Below, in pieces: positions 60,066 through 64,000 of a stretch of 64,000 bases of DNA. Under the pieces are notes generated by a model. The model did not search any database. It saw only the letters and a list, made by a program, of their open reading frames with translations, and was not told where the DNA came from. The stretch's first letter is position 1; each line of letters starts with the position of its first letter. Position numbers and translations under genes: made by a program. This DNA is from Phycisphaeraceae bacterium. Its GTDB lineage: Bacteria; Planctomycetota; Phycisphaerae; Phycisphaerales; Phycisphaeraceae. The stretch spans positions 1,152,001 to 1,216,000 of the forward strand of contig OY771506.1 of the NCBI GenBank assembly GCA_963674705.1, written 5' to 3'.

Positions 60066-61442
60066 TCATCCCTGCGCGTCATCGGGAATTGCACGGTGGT
60101 CGCGGATGACGATCTTGATCGGGACTTCCGAATACGCCAGCTCTTCACGCAGGTGGTTGGTGAAGTAGCGCAGGTAGTTGTTGTCGAAGAGGTCCGGGGT
60201 ATTAACGAACAGCGCGATCGTCGGCGGGTCGATGTCGACCTGTGTGGCGTAGTAGATCTTCGGCTGTTTGCCGAGTTTGGATCGCGGTGCGCCCTGCGAC
60301 ATCACAGCCTGCACAACCTGGTTCAGTTCGCCGGTCGGTGTTCGGTGGCGCGCCTGCTCGTAGAGGTTCATTGCCATGCCGACGGCTTCACGCATACCCT
60401 CGCCCTTGTTGGCGCATGTGAAGACAATCGGGGCGAAGCTCAGGCCTCGCAGCTCTTTGTCCAGGTACTCGACGTACTCTTCCTGTGTGCTTTTTTCTTC
60501 GGCAAGGTCCCATTTGTTTACGACGATCACCGTCGGGCGGTGGTGTTCGAGAATTTCGTTGACCAGCTTCTTGTCGACCTGACTTACCGGCACGGCTGCA
60601 TCGATCAGCAGAAGACACACATCCGCCCGACGGACACTGCGCAGTGAACGGTGCATGGAGTAATACTCGATGTCGCCGTCCAGGCTCTTGCGTTTACGGA
60701 CACCGGCGGTATCGATCGCTGTGAATGTTTTGCCATCGATTTGAAAACGCACATCCACCGAATCGCGCGTTGTGCCTTCGATCTCGCTGACGATAACGCG
60801 CTGCTCGCCCGCCAGCGCGTTGACCATCGTGCTCTTGCCCGCATTGCGTTTGCCGACCAACGCGATGAGCGGTCCGCCGTCATCTGATCCTTTACCGGCA
60901 TCTAATTCATCGTGTCGATCGAAGTCGATCGCATCATTCAATCGTTCGTAGAGTTCAAACTTGTTCCGCCCGGTGATGGCCGCGAGCATGACGGGTTCGC
61001 CGTAGCCCAGTTGCATCGCTTCGTAGGCGAGCGATTCGTGCTTGCTGTCGTCGACCTTATTGGCGACCAGCAGGACCGGCGTCTTCGAGCCGCTGGTGCG
61101 GATCAGGCGCGCGACGGTCTCGTCCAACGGCGTGATCCCGGCCTGGGCATCTACCACAAAAAGCACAAGGTCGGCTTCACCAAGGCCTTGTGCGATCTGG
61201 CGTTCGATCTGGGGCGTGAGTTCGAGGTTATCTGTCAGCCCGTAACCGCCGGTGTCAACCAGCTCGATACGGTGGGCCTTACCTCCCTTGCTGGCTGGGG
61301 ACAGTTCGACGATGGTGCTGATGCGGTCGCGCGTCACCCCTGCCGTCGGTTCGACGATGCTGACCCGCTTGCCCGCTAACAGGTTCATCAGGCTGGACTT
61401 ACCGACGTTTGGTCGGCCGACGATAACGATCTTGGCAGGCAT
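60066..61442 (-). CDS. der: Ribosome biogenesis GTPase Der (EngA)
   Basis: Two G domains GRPNVGKS..TRD..DTGG..NKVD and GKRNAGKS..TTRD..DTAG..NKWD; KH-like tail; start ATG 61442. Confidence 0.96.
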   Translation of the reverse strand: MPAKIVIVGRPNVGKSSLMNLLAGKRVSIVEPTAGVTRDRISTIVELSPASKGGKAHRIELVDTGGYGLTDNLELTPQIERQIAQGLGEADLVLFVVDAQAGITPLDETVARLIRTSGSKTPVLLVANKVDDSKHESLAYEAMQLGYGEPVMLAAITGRNKFELYERLNDAIDFDRHDELDAGKGSDDGGPLIALVGKRNAGKSTMVNALAGEQRVIVSEIEGTTRDSVDVRFQIDGKTFTAIDTAGVRKRKSLDGDIEYYSMHRSLRSVRRADVCLLLIDAAVPVSQVDKKLVNEILEHHRPTVIVVNKWDLAEEKSTQEEYVEYLDKELRGLSFAPIVFTCANKGEGMREAVGMAMNLYEQARHRTPTGELNQVVQAVMSQGAPRSKLGKQPKIYYATQVDIDPPTIALFVNTPDLFDNNYLRYFTNHLREELAYSEVPIKIVIRDHRAIPDDAQG

Positions 61443-61507
61443 GGCAGGGGTGGTTTTTCTGGGTTCAGGGATTGGGGGATCAGGGGGAAGATGATAGTGC
61501 AGGATGA

Positions 61508-61621
61508 AGCCATTAGCCATTAGCAGTTAGCAGTTAGCCATTAGCAAGAAGGCAAAGAGATACATGCTAAGGGCTCAAAACTGGACCCCTACGCCGGTCC
61601 TGAGCGCAGCGAAGGGCCGGG
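61508..61621. repeat. AGCCATT/AGCAGTT heptamer tract plus a reverse REP-like element
   Basis: 61508-61545 (5.4 units); 61587-61621 CCCTACGCCGGTCCTGAGCGCAGCGAAGGGCCGGG. Confidence 0.85.
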
Positions 61622-61639
61622 CTTCCTATCAACTATCTC

Positions 61640-62344
61640 CTACTGCCCTTCTTTTTTTAATTTCTCATCCCACAGCGAGACAGCTTCGGGTTCGCGGATA
61701 TACAGCGGGACGAGTTTCATCGGATCGTCGGCCCGGCGCGTCGCGGCGGCGATACGACCGAGCTTGTACACCGCTTGGCTTCGGCCGACCGCAGACTGGG
61801 CGGGCAGGATCGTGACACAGTTGGACAGATCATCCGGAACCTGCGGCAACGGGTCGCCGATCACACTCACGGGCCGCGGGCAGGCGCTCAGTAATTCCGC
61901 CATCGTCCGCAGCTTCGGTTCGACGATAATCGACCAGTTTTCGCTGTCGCGTTGATACACCGCACTATGCACGGTTTCACGTTTAAGATTCAAACATACC
62001 GCTACATGTTCCGTATGAAGCGGCGTGTTTTCAGCGAGCACGTCCAGCGTCGGGATGCCGAACACTTCAACACCGGTCGCCAGCGAGAGCATTTTTGCGG
62101 TGGTGACGCCGACACGTAGCCCGGAGAACGAGCCCGGCCCGAGCGAGACGTACACCTGCCCTATCGCATTGGGTGTCACGCCGTGTTTCCGGCAGACTTC
62201 ATGAATCGTCGGGATCAGCTCGACGTTGTGTCGGCGCTTGTTCTGAAGCGCGATGGTGTCGATCAGTTCATCGTCACGGCCGAGTGAAACCGAGCCGCTT
62301 CGGCCGGAGGTTTCGATCGCCAGGTTGTACGGCCGGTCGGGCAT
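61640..62344 (-). CDS. tsaB: tRNA t6A biosynthesis protein TsaB
   Basis: LAIETS, H...L.P, GPGSFSGLRVG, L.PLYIR..EA. Confidence 0.93.
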   Translation of the reverse strand: MPDRPYNLAIETSGRSGSVSLGRDDELIDTIALQNKRRHNVELIPTIHEVCRKHGVTPNAIGQVYVSLGPGSFSGLRVGVTTAKMLSLATGVEVFGIPTLDVLAENTPLHTEHVAVCLNLKRETVHSAVYQRDSENWSIIVEPKLRTMAELLSACPRPVSVIGDPLPQVPDDLSNCVTILPAQSAVGRSQAVYKLGRIAAATRRADDPMKLVPLYIREPEAVSLWDEKLKKEGQ

Positions 62345-62363
62345 CGAAAAGATTCTACTTCCG

Positions 62364-62804
62364 TCAATTAATGGTCGTTGCCCGTTGCGTACTGGTGATG
62401 GCGTAGGTCAGGTAGCAGGCGATCGCATACATGAACAGTTTGAACAGGTCCAGCAACGCATTGATCGTGGCGGTCAATTCTGAACCGAACAATACCGACA
62501 GCGGTTTATTCTGAGCCAGCATGATCCAGGCGACGTCGCCGATCACACAACCGATCAACACGAACAGAAGCGAAATCCATCCGATACGTCGGCCAAAACC
62601 CCGACCCCCAAAACGCATGATCAGCCCCCCGATCCCACCGGCGCCTAATGGCGGAAGGATCATGCCAAGCGACATGCCGAGTTTCCATGCAAACACGTAG
62701 CCCAACATCGCCCACACGCCCGCGGCGGCAACCAGGGCAACCAGGCCCGCAGCAATCGCCAAAGGCAGGCTCGCAGAGTTCGGTTTGTTCGCTTCAGCTT
62801 CCAT
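62364..62804 (-). CDS. Hypothetical multi-pass membrane protein
   Basis: About four hydrophobic segments; co-oriented between trpD and tsaB. Confidence 0.75.
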   Translation of the reverse strand: MEAEANKPNSASLPLAIAAGLVALVAAAGVWAMLGYVFAWKLGMSLGMILPPLGAGGIGGLIMRFGGRGFGRRIGWISLLFVLIGCVIGDVAWIMLAQNKPLSVLFGSELTATINALLDLFKLFMYAIACYLTYAITSTQRATTIN

Positions 62805-62827
62805 GATCTGCCTGAGATAGTAGGCGC

Positions 62828-63898
62828 TTATGAGGGCTGGGGTGTCGGGTCGGCTTTGGTGATATGAACAAGTTTTTCCAGGGCGCGTTTGGCGTCGCCG
62901 GAGTCGATCGCGGCGGCGGCACGTTCCAGGCCGTCAACAAGGTCTTCGGCGATGTCGGAAACGACCAGGGCGGCGGCGGCATTCAGGCAGACGATATCAC
63001 GTGCCGGCCCGTGTGCGCCGTCCAGTATCTTCCGGATAATCCCCGCGCTTTCCTTGGGACCATCGGCGTGCAGGGCTTCGGGATGAGATAACGGCAGCCC
63101 CAGTTCCGCCGGGTCGACCTCGTAGGTTTTGATCTGCTCGCCCTTGACGTGGCTGATCTGGCTTGGGCCACAGGTACTCAGTTCGTCCAGCGCGCCCTTG
63201 GATTGGCCGGTGTTGGCCGGGAGCTGGCCGTGGACGACCATGGCGTGCTCGCAGCCGAGTTTCTTAAGCACATTGGCCAGCGTCACGGTCAGGCTGGGCT
63301 CGAACACGCCGATCACCTGCCGGGTTGCTCCCGCGGGGTTGGTCAGGGGGCCGAGGATGTTGAAGATCGTGCGGAACCCCAGGTCGGCCCGGATCGGCGC
63401 GGCATACTTCATGGCCGGGTGGTGCGCCGGGGCGAAGCAGAAGCAAATACCCGCATCGTCCAGGCAGCGGGTCAGCGTGTCGTGCTGGACCATCAGATGT
63501 ACGCCCAGCGTCTGGAGCACCTGGCTGGAGCCGGAGTTGCTGGTGACGGCCTTGTTCCCATGTTTGGCGACCGCGACGCCGTGAGGCCGAGCAGCGGCTG
63601 CTGCGACGAGGCTGGCGGCGGTGGAGATGTTGAACGTCCGGGCGTGGTCTCCGCCGGTGCCGACCAGGTCGATCGCCATCAGACCGTCCGGAACCGCGAC
63701 TTTCGTCGCACGCTCGCGCATCACACGTGCCGCCCCGACGATTTCATTAACACTCGGGCCCCGCTGCTGAATCATCGCCAGCAGCGCCGCGGTCTGTGCC
63801 GGGGTCGATTCGCCGGTCATAATCAGGTCGAACGCGGCGTAAGCCTGGTCAACGGTGAGGGTCTGGCCCTGAACTAGTTGTTGCAGCGTCGGCTTCAT
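62828..63898 (-). CDS. trpD: Anthranilate phosphoribosyltransferase
   Basis: D.VGTGGD...TFNIST, KHGN..VTS.SGS, FAP.HHPAMK, RTIFNILGPL.NP, GALDEL; start ATG 63898. Confidence 0.95.
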   Translation of the reverse strand: MKPTLQQLVQGQTLTVDQAYAAFDLIMTGESTPAQTAALLAMIQQRGPSVNEIVGAARVMRERATKVAVPDGLMAIDLVGTGGDHARTFNISTAASLVAAAAARPHGVAVAKHGNKAVTSNSGSSQVLQTLGVHLMVQHDTLTRCLDDAGICFCFAPAHHPAMKYAAPIRADLGFRTIFNILGPLTNPAGATRQVIGVFEPSLTVTLANVLKKLGCEHAMVVHGQLPANTGQSKGALDELSTCGPSQISHVKGEQIKTYEVDPAELGLPLSHPEALHADGPKESAGIIRKILDGAHGPARDIVCLNAAAALVVSDIAEDLVDGLERAAAAIDSGDAKRALEKLVHITKADPTPQPS

Positions 63899-63945
63899 AT
63901 TTATTTTCAGTTTCTCAGGCTCTGGATCATCCATGGGCCGAGGGA

Positions 63946-64000
63946 TCAGACGAGTTCGGTAATCATCCACAACGCGAAGGCGGCCATGATCATGAAAGCG
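63946..64000 (-). CDS. Probable 3' end of an upstream membrane protein
   Basis: Reads AFMIMAAFALWMITELV* on the minus strand. Confidence 0.4.
   Translation of the reverse strand, partial: AFMIMAAFALWMITELV

Overview
A GC-rich bacterial chromosome segment, most consistent with a Planctomycetota (Phycisphaerae-like) genome; this is inferred from the dockerin+PEP-CTERM proteins, prepilin/H-X9-DG proteins, LpxC-FabZ fusion and stand-alone CoaB. Housekeeping content: hldE-type kinase, lpxK, maf, dnaJ(cbpA-like)-clpB behind a sigma54-type promoter, a bamA-skp-lpxD-lpxC/fabZ-lpxA-epimerase operon, an interrupted pdhA-pdhB...pdhC cluster, udgB, coaB, der, tsaB and trpD. An accessory surface-protein region (~10.8-35 kb) has 11 PEP-CTERM genes, including a mosaic five-gene tandem array. 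I recognised no rRNA, tRNA, CRISPR array, transposase or integrase. Most notable signals: (1) polarity-specific heptamer tandem repeats, with G-rich tracts abutting stop codons and complementary C-rich tracts abutting start codons; one complementary pair brackets a four-helix-bundle (IVP/Avd-like) gene and could loop it out, bringing the pdhA stop next to the pdhB start; (2) several families of nested inverted-repeat elements at gene boundaries; (3) a ParA/Soj ATPase fused to a glycogen-binding CBM48-like domain with an acidic partner gene, a candidate glucan-granule positioning system; (4) cassette-like mosaicism in PEP-CTERM paralogs and in a prepilin-like gene. Functional interpretations are inferences; no database searches were run.
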